The notes under the pieces: generated by a model
Database searches by the model: none
Told to the model about the DNA's origin: nothing
The model's input: only the letters and a program-made list of their open reading frames with translations
Position numbers and translations under genes: made by a program
Source of the DNA: Candidatus Latescibacterota bacterium
GTDB lineage: Bacteria; Latescibacterota; UBA2968; GCA-2709665
Length of the DNA stretch: 64,000 nt
Direction: 5' to 3'
Assembly (NCBI GenBank): GCA_965222075.1
Contig: OZ244937.1
Location: 2,784,001 to 2,848,000, forward strand
In this document: positions 21,073-32,310 of the stretch, in pieces
How positions within the stretch are numbered: position 1 is the first letter of the stretch
Layout of the letters: every line of letters begins with the position of its first letter

Positions 21073-21525
21073 CTAAAGCGGTTCTAAGAGGAAAAGGGGC
21101 GTGTTATACTCAACAGGGTTGCCGCTTTCAACCAGGATACGGGCCACCCGGCCTTTGATATCCGAGTCGATTTCATTCATGATTTTCATCGCCTCAATAA
21201 TACAGAGCGTCTGGCCGGAAGAGACAATATCGCCCTCTTCAACATAGGGAGGCACATCGGGACTGGGGGCGCTGTAAAACATCCCGACCATCGGAGACAG
21301 GACCGGGTGCAGCCCATCGGTCTCATTTGGCTGTACCGGCTCTGCCTCAGCAGCCGTCTGCGTCTCGGGCTGAGGCGCAAAGACCTGGGCGTCTCCGCCT
21401 GTTTTCACAATCCGAATTCTCCCCCCCAGGAACTTGCGTTCAACCTCAATCTCCTTGATGTGATCTTCCCCAACCAGGTCGATCAATTCCTGGAGGACCT
21501 CCCGAAAACGTCTGGAAAGTCTCAC
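21073..21525 (-). CDS. accB: Biotin carboxyl carrier protein
   Basis: SPMVGMFY and IEAMKIMNEI biotinylation motif. Confidence 0.95.
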   Translation of the reverse strand: MRLSRRFREVLQELIDLVGEDHIKEIEVERKFLGGRIRIVKTGGDAQVFAPQPETQTAAEAEPVQPNETDGLHPVLSPMVGMFYSAPSPDVPPYVEEGDIVSSGQTLCIIEAMKIMNEIDSDIKGRVARILVESGNPVEYNTPLFLLEPL

Positions 21526-21537
21526 CTGTGCTCCCTA

Positions 21538-22095
21538 TTAAACACGCTCAACATACACATCGGTCCGCGTGTCAACCTTCAGCACATCGCCGGGCTCCAC
21601 AAACAGGGGCACCTGAATCGAAGCGCCGGTCTCTAAAACGGCCGGCTTGGTTGCCCCGCTGACCGTATCTCCCCGGACGCCCGGGTCGGCCTTCGTAACG
21701 GTCAGTTCGACAAAAATCGGGAGCTCAACGCCAATCGCGCTATTTTCGGCCACCAGTACGTTGACAACCTCGTTTTCCTTGAGATACTTCAGGGCATTGC
21801 CAACGGTCTCGGCCATCAATTCAAACTGGTCGTAGGTCTCATTATCCATAAAAAAGTAGATGTCATCCGATTTGTAGAGATATTGCATTTCTCGCCGTTC
21901 AAGGCGTACATCATCAACCTTATCGCCAGACCGGAAGGTCCGATCGATAACGGCGCCCGTCTTGACATTTTTCAGGCGGGTACGGACCACCGCAGCGCCC
22001 TTACCCGGTTTAAAAGGCTCAAATTCCACCATAGCGAAGAGGTCGCCGTCTAAGCGCAAAACCATACCGTTCCGAAATTCAGACGTCGAGACCAT
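21538..22095 (-). CDS. efp: Elongation factor P
   Basis: KPGKG loop, PGVRGDT, VPLFV..GD.LKVDTR. Confidence 0.97.
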   Translation of the reverse strand: MVSTSEFRNGMVLRLDGDLFAMVEFEPFKPGKGAAVVRTRLKNVKTGAVIDRTFRSGDKVDDVRLERREMQYLYKSDDIYFFMDNETYDQFELMAETVGNALKYLKENEVVNVLVAENSAIGVELPIFVELTVTKADPGVRGDTVSGATKPAVLETGASIQVPLFVEPGDVLKVDTRTDVYVERV

Positions 22096-22900
22096 ACTCG
22101 GAAAATCCTCCACCCTTATTGGGACACTGGCCCGGGACGTCATCCATCGCCTGAAGTTCCTCAAGGCGCTGTTTCACCTGCTGGTTGCCCGGGTCGCGCT
22201 TTAAGACCCGTTCCAGAACCTCAAGGGCCTGCTGGATAAGCCCCTGAGTCGCATAAAGTTCAGCCAATGTAGAGGTTGCAATAGGATCCGTGCCCTCCAA
22301 TGTGCGGTCTCCAGACACCGCCGGTGCTCCAGACACCGAATCCCGGTTCCCGCCAACCTCCCGGACCAGAGCGTCCAGGTCCCCATCCCCCACCGCATCG
22401 AACCCGGCTTCCACCCTTGCCCCCGCACCCGATTCTGGAGCCTGTTCAAGGACGGCCGATTCCCCATCCGGGAAGGCATCCAGAGTCTGTTCCGGCGCAG
22501 GAGGTGCCTGTTGAAAGGATTCGATCTTTGCCAAGAGATCCCGGTTGAAGGGATCCAGAGTATAGGCCCATCCAAAATGCCGACGGGCCAACGCCTCCCA
22601 CCCCACCTCGAGGTCGATTTGCCCAAGGTGCCAGAATGCCGCCAGATTGTCTTGATCCAGCTGAAGAACCCTGTGAAACTCCTGACGGGCCTCTTCAAGC
22701 CGCCCGGCGGCTATGTGGCATTTCCCCATCACCAGATGGCCGGTCACATAGGAAGGCCGGTACCTGAGGCCTCGGCGGCAGATCTCCGACGCCCGCTTCA
22801 CATCGCCCTGACGGAGAACCCCATCGGCTAAGCGCGCAAACAGAATAGAGGTCGGATTCTTGGCACAGATCTCTTCGAGCTTCCCATGGGATACCGGCAT
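22079..22900 (-). CDS. TPR repeat protein
   Basis: N-terminal TPRs, acidic linker, C-terminal T.TLAELY..QG motif. Confidence 0.75.
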   Translation of the reverse strand: MPVSHGKLEEICAKNPTSILFARLADGVLRQGDVKRASEICRRGLRYRPSYVTGHLVMGKCHIAAGRLEEARQEFHRVLQLDQDNLAAFWHLGQIDLEVGWEALARRHFGWAYTLDPFNRDLLAKIESFQQAPPAPEQTLDAFPDGESAVLEQAPESGAGARVEAGFDAVGDGDLDALVREVGGNRDSVSGAPAVSGDRTLEGTDPIATSTLAELYATQGLIQQALEVLERVLKRDPGNQQVKQRLEELQAMDDVPGQCPNKGGGFSEYGLDV

Positions 22901-23140
22901 AGGGCCTCCACGACTGACAGAACCGGACGAAGTATAGAGAAAAGCCCCCCTCTTGTCAATGACAAACTCACACCGCCGTTATTGATGTAACCCATCTGGA
23001 CAAAAAATCTACTGCAAAATAAAGGGGGCCGTCAGAAGCCCCTTCCTTCCCGGGAATTGCCTTGTCTGAAAGTGGGAGATATGCTATATTTTGTTTCACT
23101 TTTATGCCGGTTTTTACGTCCTTGAAAGGGATGACAGGGT

Positions 23141-25270
23141 ATGAGCTACGATCGTGCGGCGGTACGGGCAGTGCTGGATCAGGTGCAAATGGAGGGGCGC
23201 ACGTCCCTCACCGCCCCGGAAGGGGTGCGGGTCTGCGAGGCCTACGGTATTGGGGTGCCTCAGGGTGGACTGGCCACCTCGGCAGAATCTGCCGCGCGTC
23301 TGGCCCAGGAGATCGGCTACCCGGTGGTGTTGAAGATCGCCTCCACCGACATCCTCCACAAAACAGAAGCCGGCGGTGTCCTCACCGGCCTGACCGGCGC
23401 GGCGGACGTGGAGGGGGCATACACCGCCATTCTGGACAATGCCAGGGCCCACAAGCCAGACGCCGATATACTCGGCGTACAGGTGCAGCCCATGCTGTTG
23501 GCCGGTCAGGAGGTCATCGTGGGTGCGACCACCGATCCCAGTTTTGGCAAGTTGGTGGCGTTCGGCCTTGGCGGTGTGCTGGTGGAAATTCTGCAGGACG
23601 TCACCTTCCGCCTGGCCCCTACCACACGCCAGGAAGCCCTTTCCATGCTCGATGACATTCGTGGCGCTGCAATACTGCGTGGCGCCCGCGGGGGGGCCGG
23701 TGTCGATTGCAGCGCTCTGGCCGGGCTCATCGAAAACGTCTCCCACCTCGCACATGACTTCCCGGAAATCAGTGAAATAGACCTCAACCCGGTCTTTGCC
23801 ACCAGCGAGGGCGCCACAGCCGTGGACGTGCGCATCCTGGTGGACTTCACACCGGCACCACCGCGCTATCGGCCCTCGCATGAGGAGATCCTGCGGGCTA
23901 TGCGGCGCATCATGCAGCCGGACGCCGTCGCCGTGATCGGCGCCTCTTCCGAAGAGGGAAAAATCGGCAATTCGGTGATGCTGAACCTCATCAACGGCGG
24001 GTACCAGGGCGCGATCTATCCCGTCCACCCGCGCGCCGAGGAGATCCTCGGGCTGCGCTGCTACAAAAGTGTCCTGGACATCCCGGGGGAAGTAGACATC
24101 GCCATCTTCTGCATTCCCGCCCGCTTTGTCGCCCAGGTGCTCTTGGAAGTGGGGCAGAAACAGATACCCGGAGCCATCCTGATCCCCTCCGGCTTTGCCG
24201 AGGTGGGTGAGGATGGCTTGCAGCAGGACGTGGTACGCGTGGCCCGGGAACACAACGTCCGCCTCATGGGCCCAAACATCTACGGCTTCTACTACACCCC
24301 CAAGCACCTCTGCGCCACTTTCTGCACGCCCTATAACGAAAAGGGCGAGGTCGCCCTGTCATCCCAAAGCGGCGGTGTGGGCATGGCCATCATCGGCTTT
24401 AGCCGCTCGGCGAAAATGGGCGTATCGGCAATCGTGGGCCTGGGGAACAAGTCGGATATCGACGAGGACGACCTGCTCACCTTCTTCGAGCAGGATGACA
24501 ACACCCGGGTCATCGCCATGCACGTAGAAGACCTCAAAGACGGGCGGGCCTTTGCCCAGGTCGCCAAGCGCGTGTCCAAACAGAAGCCGGTCGTCATGCT
24601 CAAGGCCGGGCGCACCCCGATGGGCGCACGCGCCGCTAAGTCGCACACCGGCGCCCTGGCCGGAGACGACAAAATCTACGACGCCGTACTGCGGCAGAGC
24701 GGGGTGATTCGCGCCTTCAGCCTCAACGATATGCTCGAATTTGCCCGCGGCCTTTCCATCCTGTCCACTCCCAAAGGGGAGAACGTGCTGATCATCACCG
24801 GCGCGGGTGGCTCCGGGGTGCTGCTCTCCGACGCCTGTGTGGAAAATGGCCTGAAGCTCATGGACATGCCAGAGGACCTCGATGCGGCCTTCAAGGAACT
24901 CATTCCGCCCTTTGGCGCCTCCGGGAACCCGGTCGATATCACCGGCGGCGAACCCCCGACGACCTATCGCAACGCCATTAAATTGGCGCTGGACGACGAC
25001 CGCGTGCATGCCCTTATCCTGGGCTACTGGCACACCATTATTACCCCGCCCATGGTATTCGCTACCCTGTTGAGCGAAGAGATCGAATCTGCCCGGCAAC
25101 GGGGCATCGACAAGCCCGTGGTCGCTTCTCTGGTCGGCGATGTAGAGGTCGAGGATGCCTGCCGTCATCTGGTAGAGCACAACATCCTGGCCTACCCTTA
25201 CACCACAGAAAAACCGGTGGCCGTGCTCGGCGCCAAATACCGCTGGGCGCGCACCGCCGGCCGGCTGTAA
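23141..25270 (+). CDS. ADP-forming acyl-CoA synthetase (acetate-CoA ligase family), ATP-grasp domain N-terminal
   Basis: PVVLKI.S.DILHKTE.GGV, EIDLNP, VAVIGAS, SQSGG, SHTGALAG (phospho-His) and NPVD motifs. Confidence 0.9.
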   Translation: MSYDRAAVRAVLDQVQMEGRTSLTAPEGVRVCEAYGIGVPQGGLATSAESAARLAQEIGYPVVLKIASTDILHKTEAGGVLTGLTGAADVEGAYTAILDNARAHKPDADILGVQVQPMLLAGQEVIVGATTDPSFGKLVAFGLGGVLVEILQDVTFRLAPTTRQEALSMLDDIRGAAILRGARGGAGVDCSALAGLIENVSHLAHDFPEISEIDLNPVFATSEGATAVDVRILVDFTPAPPRYRPSHEEILRAMRRIMQPDAVAVIGASSEEGKIGNSVMLNLINGGYQGAIYPVHPRAEEILGLRCYKSVLDIPGEVDIAIFCIPARFVAQVLLEVGQKQIPGAILIPSGFAEVGEDGLQQDVVRVAREHNVRLMGPNIYGFYYTPKHLCATFCTPYNEKGEVALSSQSGGVGMAIIGFSRSAKMGVSAIVGLGNKSDIDEDDLLTFFEQDDNTRVIAMHVEDLKDGRAFAQVAKRVSKQKPVVMLKAGRTPMGARAAKSHTGALAGDDKIYDAVLRQSGVIRAFSLNDMLEFARGLSILSTPKGENVLIITGAGGSGVLLSDACVENGLKLMDMPEDLDAAFKELIPPFGASGNPVDITGGEPPTTYRNAIKLALDDDRVHALILGYWHTIITPPMVFATLLSEEIESARQRGIDKPVVASLVGDVEVEDACRHLVEHNILAYPYTTEKPVAVLGAKYRWARTAGRL

Positions 25271-25301
25271 CGCTGTCCTAAATGATGAGGAGAAAGCGGT
25301 T

Positions 25302-26792
25302 TTGTCTACCCTGATGGAATTATTATCCCCCGACCATGCGAAGAAAAAAGCGGTTGTAATTCCCAACGGCGGTCCAGCGCTGACGTATGCGGAGTTGGGA
25401 GAGCAGATTGCCCTGCTTGTGAACAGGCTGAAGCGGGGGGGTATTGGAACCGGCAACCCAGTGTCTATCGTCCTGCCCAACGGGTTGGAGTTTCTGACGA
25501 CCTTTCTGGCGGTAACGTGGGCCCGCGCGGTTGCCGCTCCGCTGAACCCGGCGTACACGGTCGAAGAGTTTCAGTTCTACATGGAAGACACCCGGACACA
25601 GGCGGTCATCCTTCCCCCCGGCGAACACCCTGCGCGGGATGCAGCGGCCGCGTTGAACCTGCCGGTCTGGGCAGTCCGCCTCGACGGGAATGGAAACGTG
25701 CAACTGGAGCCTCCCTCTGCGGCGTCCCAATCAGTGAGCGACGACGCGCCCCAGCCGGACGATGTCGCCCTCTTCCTGCACACCAGCGGGACAACGAGCC
25801 GCCCGAAAGGCGTGCCGCTTACGCACGGCAACCTGATCACCTCCCTTCGCAATATCGTCAGCACCTACAAGCTCACGCCTGAAGACACCGGCCTGATTGT
25901 CATGCCCCTCTTCCACGTACACGGCCTGATGGGCGCCACGCTCTCCACGCTGAATTCCGGTGGCACGGTGGTTGTTCCGCCCCGTTTTTCGGCGAGCAGT
26001 TTTTGGCCGCACGTCCTGGAGCACGGCGTCAACTGGTATTCGGCGGTACCCACGATCCACCAGATTCTGCTCGCACGCGACGCCGACCAGGCCCCGGGCG
26101 GCACGTTCCGCATCATCCGTTCCTGCAGTGCCGCGCTTGCGCCTGCCGTGCTGTCACAGCTGGAAAACCGGTTCGACGCCCCCGTTCTGGAAGCCTACGC
26201 CATGACCGAAGCCTCGCACCAGATGTCTTCCAATCCGCTGCCGCCGGGGATCCACAAACCGGGCACGGTGGGCATGGGCACAGGCGTGGAAATCACCATC
26301 TTAGACGAGCAGGGCAGCGAACTCCCCAACGGAAAACAGGGCGAGGTCTCCATTCGAGGCGGCAACGTCACCAGAGGCTACCACAACAACCCCGGTGCGA
26401 ACGCCGAGGCCTTCACCAACGGCTGGTTCCGAACCGGAGATCAGGGGTTCTTCGACAGCGACAACTACCTGACGCTAACCGGGCGTCTCAAGGAACTCAT
26501 CAATCGAGGCGGCGAGAAGATTTCACCCCTTGAAGTGGATGCGGTCCTGCTGGAACATCCCGCTGTGGCCGAGGCGGTCTGCTTTGGTATGCCCGACGAA
26601 AAATACGGCGAGGAAGTCCACGCCGCCGTCGTGCTCAAACATGAGGCCACCAAGGGTGATATCATCGCCTTCTGCCGTGACCGTCTGGCGGACTTCAAAA
26701 CGCCCAAGATGCTCCACATTACCGATGCGGTCCCCAAAACGGCCACGGGCAAGATCCAACGGCGGCACGTGGCGACGCATTTCAGTGCGTAA
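25302..26792 (+). CDS. AMP-forming acyl-CoA ligase, oxalate-CoA ligase-like (AAE3/PCS60 type)
   Basis: LFLHTSGTTSRPKGVPLTH, PLFHVHGL, WYSAVPTIHQIL, RSCSAAL, EAYAMTEASHQM.SNPLP and KIQRR motifs. Confidence 0.85.
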   Translation: MSTLMELLSPDHAKKKAVVIPNGGPALTYAELGEQIALLVNRLKRGGIGTGNPVSIVLPNGLEFLTTFLAVTWARAVAAPLNPAYTVEEFQFYMEDTRTQAVILPPGEHPARDAAAALNLPVWAVRLDGNGNVQLEPPSAASQSVSDDAPQPDDVALFLHTSGTTSRPKGVPLTHGNLITSLRNIVSTYKLTPEDTGLIVMPLFHVHGLMGATLSTLNSGGTVVVPPRFSASSFWPHVLEHGVNWYSAVPTIHQILLARDADQAPGGTFRIIRSCSAALAPAVLSQLENRFDAPVLEAYAMTEASHQMSSNPLPPGIHKPGTVGMGTGVEITILDEQGSELPNGKQGEVSIRGGNVTRGYHNNPGANAEAFTNGWFRTGDQGFFDSDNYLTLTGRLKELINRGGEKISPLEVDAVLLEHPAVAEAVCFGMPDEKYGEEVHAAVVLKHEATKGDIIAFCRDRLADFKTPKMLHITDAVPKTATGKIQRRHVATHFSA

Positions 26793-26807
26793 CCAGGAGC
26801 GGTTCCA

Positions 26808-28454
26808 ATGGCAAAAATCAGCGGCGGGCATCTGACCGCACGCGCCCTTAAACAGGAAGGCGTCGGCGCGATATTCACACTCTGCGGCGGGCACATCATC
26901 GACATCTACGAGGGGTGCATGGACGAGGGCATCCAGATCGTTGACATCCGACACGAGCAAACCGCCGCCCACGCCGCAGACGGCTGGACCCGGATGACGG
27001 GTGTGCCGGGCGTGGCTGTCGTCACGGCAGGGCCGGGCACGACGGACACGGTAACGGGCATCGCCAATGCCTTCCGCGCCCAGTCGCCCATGCTCCTCAT
27101 CGGCGGGCAGGCCGCACGCAAACAGTATCACATGGGAGGGCTGCAAGAACTCGACCACGTATCGCTGATGAAACCGATCACCAAGTTCGCAACGGCCGTT
27201 CTGGACACCGAGCGCATCCCCGAACTGATCGGCATGGCCTTCCGCGAAGCCTACAACGGCCGGCCCGGTCCGTCCTTTCTGGAAATTCCACGCGACATCC
27301 TGGACGCAGAAGTGGACGAGGAGGCCGTAACGTTTCCAACGCACTACCGCTCACCCGGGCGCGTACACGGCGACCCCAAACTCGTCCAGCAGGCCGCAGA
27401 CTGGTTGAGCGGCGCAGAGCGTCCCGCTCTGTTGGCCGGAAGCCAGATCTGGCACTGCCGTGCGGCGGGGCAATTGCTCGAATTCTCCGAACACGCAGAG
27501 GTCCCGATCTACCTGAACGGCGCCGCCCGCGGCTGTCTCCCGGTCGACTGCCCCACCTTCATGAACTACTCGCGGCGGCACGCCTTATCTCAGGCCGACG
27601 TGGTGCTCGTCATTGGCACGCCATTCGACTTTCGCCTCGGCTACGGGAATCGAATCGCCCCTGATGCTGTGGTCATTCAGGTCGACCTGGACTACGGAGA
27701 ACTGGGGCACAACCGCGACGTGGACATCGGCATCGTCGCCGACGCGGGCGCCCTGCTGGAACAGCTTACCGCCGCCATCACGCCGGAAGGAAAAAGCAAG
27801 GCGTGGCTCAAACAACTGCGCCGACTCGAAGAAAAGGGATACGAGGAGGCCAAACCGTTCCTGTATTCCGATGCAGTGCCCATCCACCCCCTGCGCGTCG
27901 CCCGTGAGATCAACGAGTTTCTAACCGACGACACCATCTTTATCGGCGACGGCGGCGATGTGGTCACCATGTCCGCCAGGGCGATTCAACCCCGCCGGCC
28001 GGGGCACTGGATGGACCCCGGGCCGCTTGGCACCCTCGGTGTGGGCACCCCCTTTGCCATTGCCGCGAAGGTGGCCCGTCCCGAAAAAGAGGTGGTCGTC
28101 CTCTTCGGCGACGGCGCCTTCGGCTGCACCGGGTTCGACTACGACACGCTCATCCGGTTCAACCTGCCCGTCATCGGGGTGGTGGGCAACAACGCCGCCT
28201 GGAATCAGATCCGGTTCGGACAGATTCAGAAATACGGCCCCGAACGGGGCAACGTTGCCAACCTGCTTGCCCCCACCCGCTACGACCGGATTGTGAGTGC
28301 GATGGGGGGACACGGAGAGCACGTCACAAAGCCTCAGCTGATCCGGCCAGCGCTGGAACGCGCCCGTGAATCCGGAAAGCCCGCCTGCATCAACGTCATG
28401 ATCGACCCGGACGTCTTCAGCAGCGGCACCCGGAATCAAACGATGTATAAGTGA
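26808..28454 (+). CDS. ThDP-dependent oxalyl-CoA decarboxylase / 2-hydroxyacyl-CoA lyase family enzyme
   Basis: RHEQ, MDPGPLGTLGVG and GDGAFG..NN ThDP motifs; operon context. Confidence 0.8.
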   Translation: MAKISGGHLTARALKQEGVGAIFTLCGGHIIDIYEGCMDEGIQIVDIRHEQTAAHAADGWTRMTGVPGVAVVTAGPGTTDTVTGIANAFRAQSPMLLIGGQAARKQYHMGGLQELDHVSLMKPITKFATAVLDTERIPELIGMAFREAYNGRPGPSFLEIPRDILDAEVDEEAVTFPTHYRSPGRVHGDPKLVQQAADWLSGAERPALLAGSQIWHCRAAGQLLEFSEHAEVPIYLNGAARGCLPVDCPTFMNYSRRHALSQADVVLVIGTPFDFRLGYGNRIAPDAVVIQVDLDYGELGHNRDVDIGIVADAGALLEQLTAAITPEGKSKAWLKQLRRLEEKGYEEAKPFLYSDAVPIHPLRVAREINEFLTDDTIFIGDGGDVVTMSARAIQPRRPGHWMDPGPLGTLGVGTPFAIAAKVARPEKEVVVLFGDGAFGCTGFDYDTLIRFNLPVIGVVGNNAAWNQIRFGQIQKYGPERGNVANLLAPTRYDRIVSAMGGHGEHVTKPQLIRPALERARESGKPACINVMIDPDVFSSGTRNQTMYK

Positions 28455-28462
28455 GGATAGAA

Positions 28463-29473
28463 ATGGATTATACAAAACTGGCAGAGGTAGCCCTGGAAGG
28501 CCGCCTTTTAACGCCGGAAGAGATGCATGCGGTCCTCACCGCGCCCGAGCACGACCTCCTCCCTATGCTCCAGGCTGCCTTTCAGGTCCGGGAACATTAC
28601 TTTGGGCGCCGGGTGCACCTCCACGTCCTCATCAACGCCAAAAGCGGCCTCTGCCCCGAAGACTGCGCCTACTGCTCCCAGTCTGCCGTCTCCAGCGCCG
28701 CCATCGACAAATACCCCCTCCTGCCCAGAGAGCAGATCGTGGGTGGCGCCGTTGCGGCCAAAGCGGGCGGGGCCTTCCGCTACTGCATTGTCACCAGCGG
28801 ACGGGCCCCCACCGACCGGGAAGTGGAAACCGTTGCCGAGGTTGTCCGGGAAATCAAACGAACCGTTGACATCGACATCTGCTGCTGCCTGGGGCTCCTG
28901 AACAAAAAGAAGGCGAAAATCCTGAAAGCGGCCGGCGTGGGGCGGATCAACCACAACCTGAACACCAGCCAGCGCCACCATCCGGAAATCTGCAGCACGC
29001 ATACCTACGATAACCGCGTGGAAACCGTCCAGAACGTCCAGAAGGCGGGGCTCTCCACCTGCTGCGGCGGCATCGTCGGCATGGGCGAAAAAGCGCAGGA
29101 CGTCATCGACCTCGCCCTGGCCCTGCGGGAACTGGGCGTCGACTCCATCCCGGTCAACTTCCTCCACCCCATCCACGGCACGCCGCTGGAGGGCAGGGAC
29201 GACCTGCACCCTCAGTACTGCCTCAAGGTCCTCTGCCTCTTCCGCTTCCTCAATCCAGACAAGGAGATCCGCGTGGCCGGTGGGCGGGAACGCAGCCTCC
29301 GGTCTCTCCAGCCCCTCGCCCTCTACCCGGCCAACTCCATCTTTATGGAGGGCTACCTCACCACCGGTGGACAGGGCGTCTCCGAGGCCCACCGCATGAT
29401 CGAGGATCTGGGATTCGAAATCGAAGCATACGGTGAATCCGTAGGGTCACAGCATGCCGCTCCCCTACGGTAG
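28463..29473 (+). CDS. bioB: Biotin synthase
   Basis: KSGLCPEDCAYCSQS, NHNLNT, SIPVNFL and ANSIF..YLTT motifs. Confidence 0.95.
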   Translation: MDYTKLAEVALEGRLLTPEEMHAVLTAPEHDLLPMLQAAFQVREHYFGRRVHLHVLINAKSGLCPEDCAYCSQSAVSSAAIDKYPLLPREQIVGGAVAAKAGGAFRYCIVTSGRAPTDREVETVAEVVREIKRTVDIDICCCLGLLNKKKAKILKAAGVGRINHNLNTSQRHHPEICSTHTYDNRVETVQNVQKAGLSTCCGGIVGMGEKAQDVIDLALALRELGVDSIPVNFLHPIHGTPLEGRDDLHPQYCLKVLCLFRFLNPDKEIRVAGGRERSLRSLQPLALYPANSIFMEGYLTTGGQGVSEAHRMIEDLGFEIEAYGESVGSQHAAPLR

Positions 29474-29498
29474 GCCCTTATGTGTATGTAGATAACCC

Positions 29499-31385
29499 AT
29501 GTGGACCTACGACAAACTCTACCACGTCATTGTCGTCGGCGCCGGGCACGCGGGCGCCGAGGCGGCCCTGGCCAGTGCGCGGATGGGGTGTGAAACCCTT
29601 CTGCTTACCATGAACCTGGACACCGTCGCCCAGATGTCCTGTAATCCGGCCGTTGGAGGTATTGCCAAAGGCCACATGGTGCGCGAGATTGACGCCCTGG
29701 GTGGAGAGATGGCCCTCAACATCGATGCAGCCGGGCTCCAGTTCCGGATGCTCAACAGGCGCAAAGGCCCGGCCGTGCAGGCACCCCGGGCGCAGGCCGA
29801 CAAAAAGGCCTATCAGTTCCGGATGAAACAGGTGGTGGAAAAACAGCCCAGGTTGGACCTGAAACAGGGAATGCTTGAAGAACTGCTCGTAGACGGCGGC
29901 CGGGTGCAGGGCATCATCACCAAGTCCAAAACCGTCTTCCTCGGAAAAACCGTAGTGATGACCACGGGCACCTTTCTGAAAGGCCTCCTCCACATCGGCG
30001 ATTTTTCCTACAGCGCCGGACGGGCCGGAGAGCAGTCGGCCGAGCGGGCCTCCGAAGGGCTTTTGCGCCTCGGCTTTGAACTGGGCCGGCTCAAAACGGG
30101 CACCCCCCCCCGGGTGAACGCCCGCAGCATCGGCTACGGCGCCACCCAGATCCAGCCGGGCGACGAGCGCCCCCGGCCCTTCTCATACCGCACCGAAAAA
30201 ATCACGCAGAAGCAACTCCCTTGTCACCTGACACACACCACCCCGGTGACCCACGACATTATCCGGCAGAACCTGAGCCGGTCTGCCATGTACAGCGGCC
30301 GCATCCAGTCTGTGGGGCCCCGCTACTGCCCATCCGTAGAAGACAAAATCGTCAAATTCCCCGAAAAGGAGCAGCATCAGGTCTTCCTGGAACCGGAGGG
30401 CTACAACACCCTCGAAGTCTACCTCAACGGCCTGTCCATGAGCCTGCCCGAAGAGGTCCAGATTGAAGTGGTGCGCAGCATCCCGGGGCTGGAAAAGGCC
30501 CAGGTGATGCGCCCGGCCTACGCAGTAGAGTACGACTATGTGCCCCCCACGCAGATCCTGCCCACCCTGGAGACCAAGCCCATCCGGGGCCTCTTTTTCG
30601 CCGGCCAGATCAACGGAACCACCGGATACGAAGAGGCTGCTGCGCAGGGGGTTATGGCCGGTATCAACGCCGCTTTGCAGGTCAAAGGCGAGCACGCCCT
30701 CCTCCTCGATCGGTCCCAGGCTTACATCGGCGTGCTCATCGACGACCTGGTCACCAAGGGCACGGACGAGCCCTACCGGATGTTTACCTCCCTGGCCGAA
30801 TACCGCCTGCTTTTAAGGCAGGACAACGCCGACCTCCGGCTGACCGAACTGGGGCGCAGGGTCGGTCTCGTCCCGGACGGTCTCTACGCCCGCTTCAAGG
30901 CCCGCAAAGCGGCGGTTGAGGCGGAACGCCGCCGCCTGCAGCAGGTGAAAATCACCCCTTCGGAGCACGTTCAGGAACACCTCCGACAGGCGGACTCGTC
31001 GGCATTGAACAAACCCATGCCCTTAGCCGACCTCCTCCGGCGGCCGGAACTCGACTACCGGTTCGTGGAGGCGGTCTCCCCCCCGTCGCAGGACTTGCCG
31101 GAAGACGTGCGGGAATCGGTAGAAATCGAAATAAAATATGAAGGCTACATCCAGCGGCAGAAGGCCCAGGTCGCCCGCTTCCGGGATCTGGAAAAAAAAG
31201 CAATCCCCGAAGATATCGACTACACGACGCTGCGGGTCATCTCCCGGGAAGCCGCCGAAAAACTCCGCAGGGTGCGCCCCCGGTCTCTGGGGCAGGCATC
31301 GCGCATCCCGGGGGTCTCCCCTGCCGACATCTCGGCCCTGATGGTACTCTTGAAAGCGCGTCAGGGCGCCAGAGGCGCTGCATGA
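29499..31385 (+). CDS. mnmG: tRNA uridine-5-carboxymethylaminomethyl(34) synthesis enzyme MnmG
   Basis: [28 protein letters not shown] and [17 protein letters not shown] motifs. Confidence 0.98.
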   Translation: MWTYDKLYHVIVVGAGHAGAEAALASARMGCETLLLTMNLDTVAQMSCNPAVGGIAKGHMVREIDALGGEMALNIDAAGLQFRMLNRRKGPAVQAPRAQADKKAYQFRMKQVVEKQPRLDLKQGMLEELLVDGGRVQGIITKSKTVFLGKTVVMTTGTFLKGLLHIGDFSYSAGRAGEQSAERASEGLLRLGFELGRLKTGTPPRVNARSIGYGATQIQPGDERPRPFSYRTEKITQKQLPCHLTHTTPVTHDIIRQNLSRSAMYSGRIQSVGPRYCPSVEDKIVKFPEKEQHQVFLEPEGYNTLEVYLNGLSMSLPEEVQIEVVRSIPGLEKAQVMRPAYAVEYDYVPPTQILPTLETKPIRGLFFAGQINGTTGYEEAAAQGVMAGINAALQVKGEHALLLDRSQAYIGVLIDDLVTKGTDEPYRMFTSLAEYRLLLRQDNADLRLTELGRRVGLVPDGLYARFKARKAAVEAERRRLQQVKITPSEHVQEHLRQADSSALNKPMPLADLLRRPELDYRFVEAVSPPSQDLPEDVRESVEIEIKYEGYIQRQKAQVARFRDLEKKAIPEDIDYTTLRVISREAAEKLRRVRPRSLGQASRIPGVSPADISALMVLLKARQGARGAA

Positions 31386-32215
31386 AACTGAACGCGTCCC
31401 AGATCCGGGCGATCCTGTCCCTCCTCTCGGAAAGCGATAAAGAAATTGTGGCGCAGATCCGAAAAAAACTCTTTGAAATGGGAGAAGGCGCCGTCCGGGA
31501 AGTCCTGCAGGCATCCGGAGCCGGAACCCGGGCAAGGCGGGAAATGGAACGGGTGCTTTACCGACTTGGAGAGCCCCCCCTGGAGGAACAATTTCGAAAC
31601 CTCCCGGAAACGCCCGACGGGGACATCGACCTGGAAGCGGGGGCCTTTACCCTCGCCAAACTTGGATATCCCGATATCGAGATCGGCCACTACAGGGCTC
31701 GTCTGGACCGGATGGCCTCAGACCTGGCCCCCAACATCGCCTCCGACGACCATCCCCTTCGGGCCATCCACACGCTAAACGGCTACCTCTTTGGTGAACA
31801 GGGATTTCACGGACACCGTACGCTCAACCCCGACAACTCCTACCTGAACCGCGTAATCGAGCGGAAGCGGGGCTTGCCCATCGCCCTCTCAGCCATCTAT
31901 ATCCTGCTCGCACGGCGCCTCGAACTGCCCATCGTAGGCATTGACATGCAGGCCCACTTTATTGTGAAATACAAAGCATCCGAGGAAATGGAAATCCTGA
32001 TCGATCCCTTCAACGGCGGTCAGGTGCTGACCAAAAATGCGTGTGCAGAGATCCTGGCGCGTTTCCAGGTCCACTCTGAAGAGGTCCCCCTTCCGGAGGC
32101 TACCAACCGGAGAATTCTGGTCCGGATGATGCACAACCTGGTCAATTCCTATACCGTTCTGAGCGACCAAAAGCGGGCGGAAGCCCTCTTCAAATTTGTC
32201 CAGATCCTCCAGTAG
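31382..32215 (+). CDS. SirB1/transglutaminase-like (Transglut_core2) protein
   Basis: [23 protein letters not shown] and IDPFNGG motifs. Confidence 0.85.
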   Translation: MKLNASQIRAILSLLSESDKEIVAQIRKKLFEMGEGAVREVLQASGAGTRARREMERVLYRLGEPPLEEQFRNLPETPDGDIDLEAGAFTLAKLGYPDIEIGHYRARLDRMASDLAPNIASDDHPLRAIHTLNGYLFGEQGFHGHRTLNPDNSYLNRVIERKRGLPIALSAIYILLARRLELPIVGIDMQAHFIVKYKASEEMEILIDPFNGGQVLTKNACAEILARFQVHSEEVPLPEATNRRILVRMMHNLVNSYTVLSDQKRAEALFKFVQILQ

Positions 32216-32310
32216 TCACCGCGCACGGGCGCACGGCCGTGCGCCCCTAAACATCCATTTGCTTCTCCTGCCGAATTTTCTTATTATTCATCAACGCCAC
32301 GAACGCTGCC

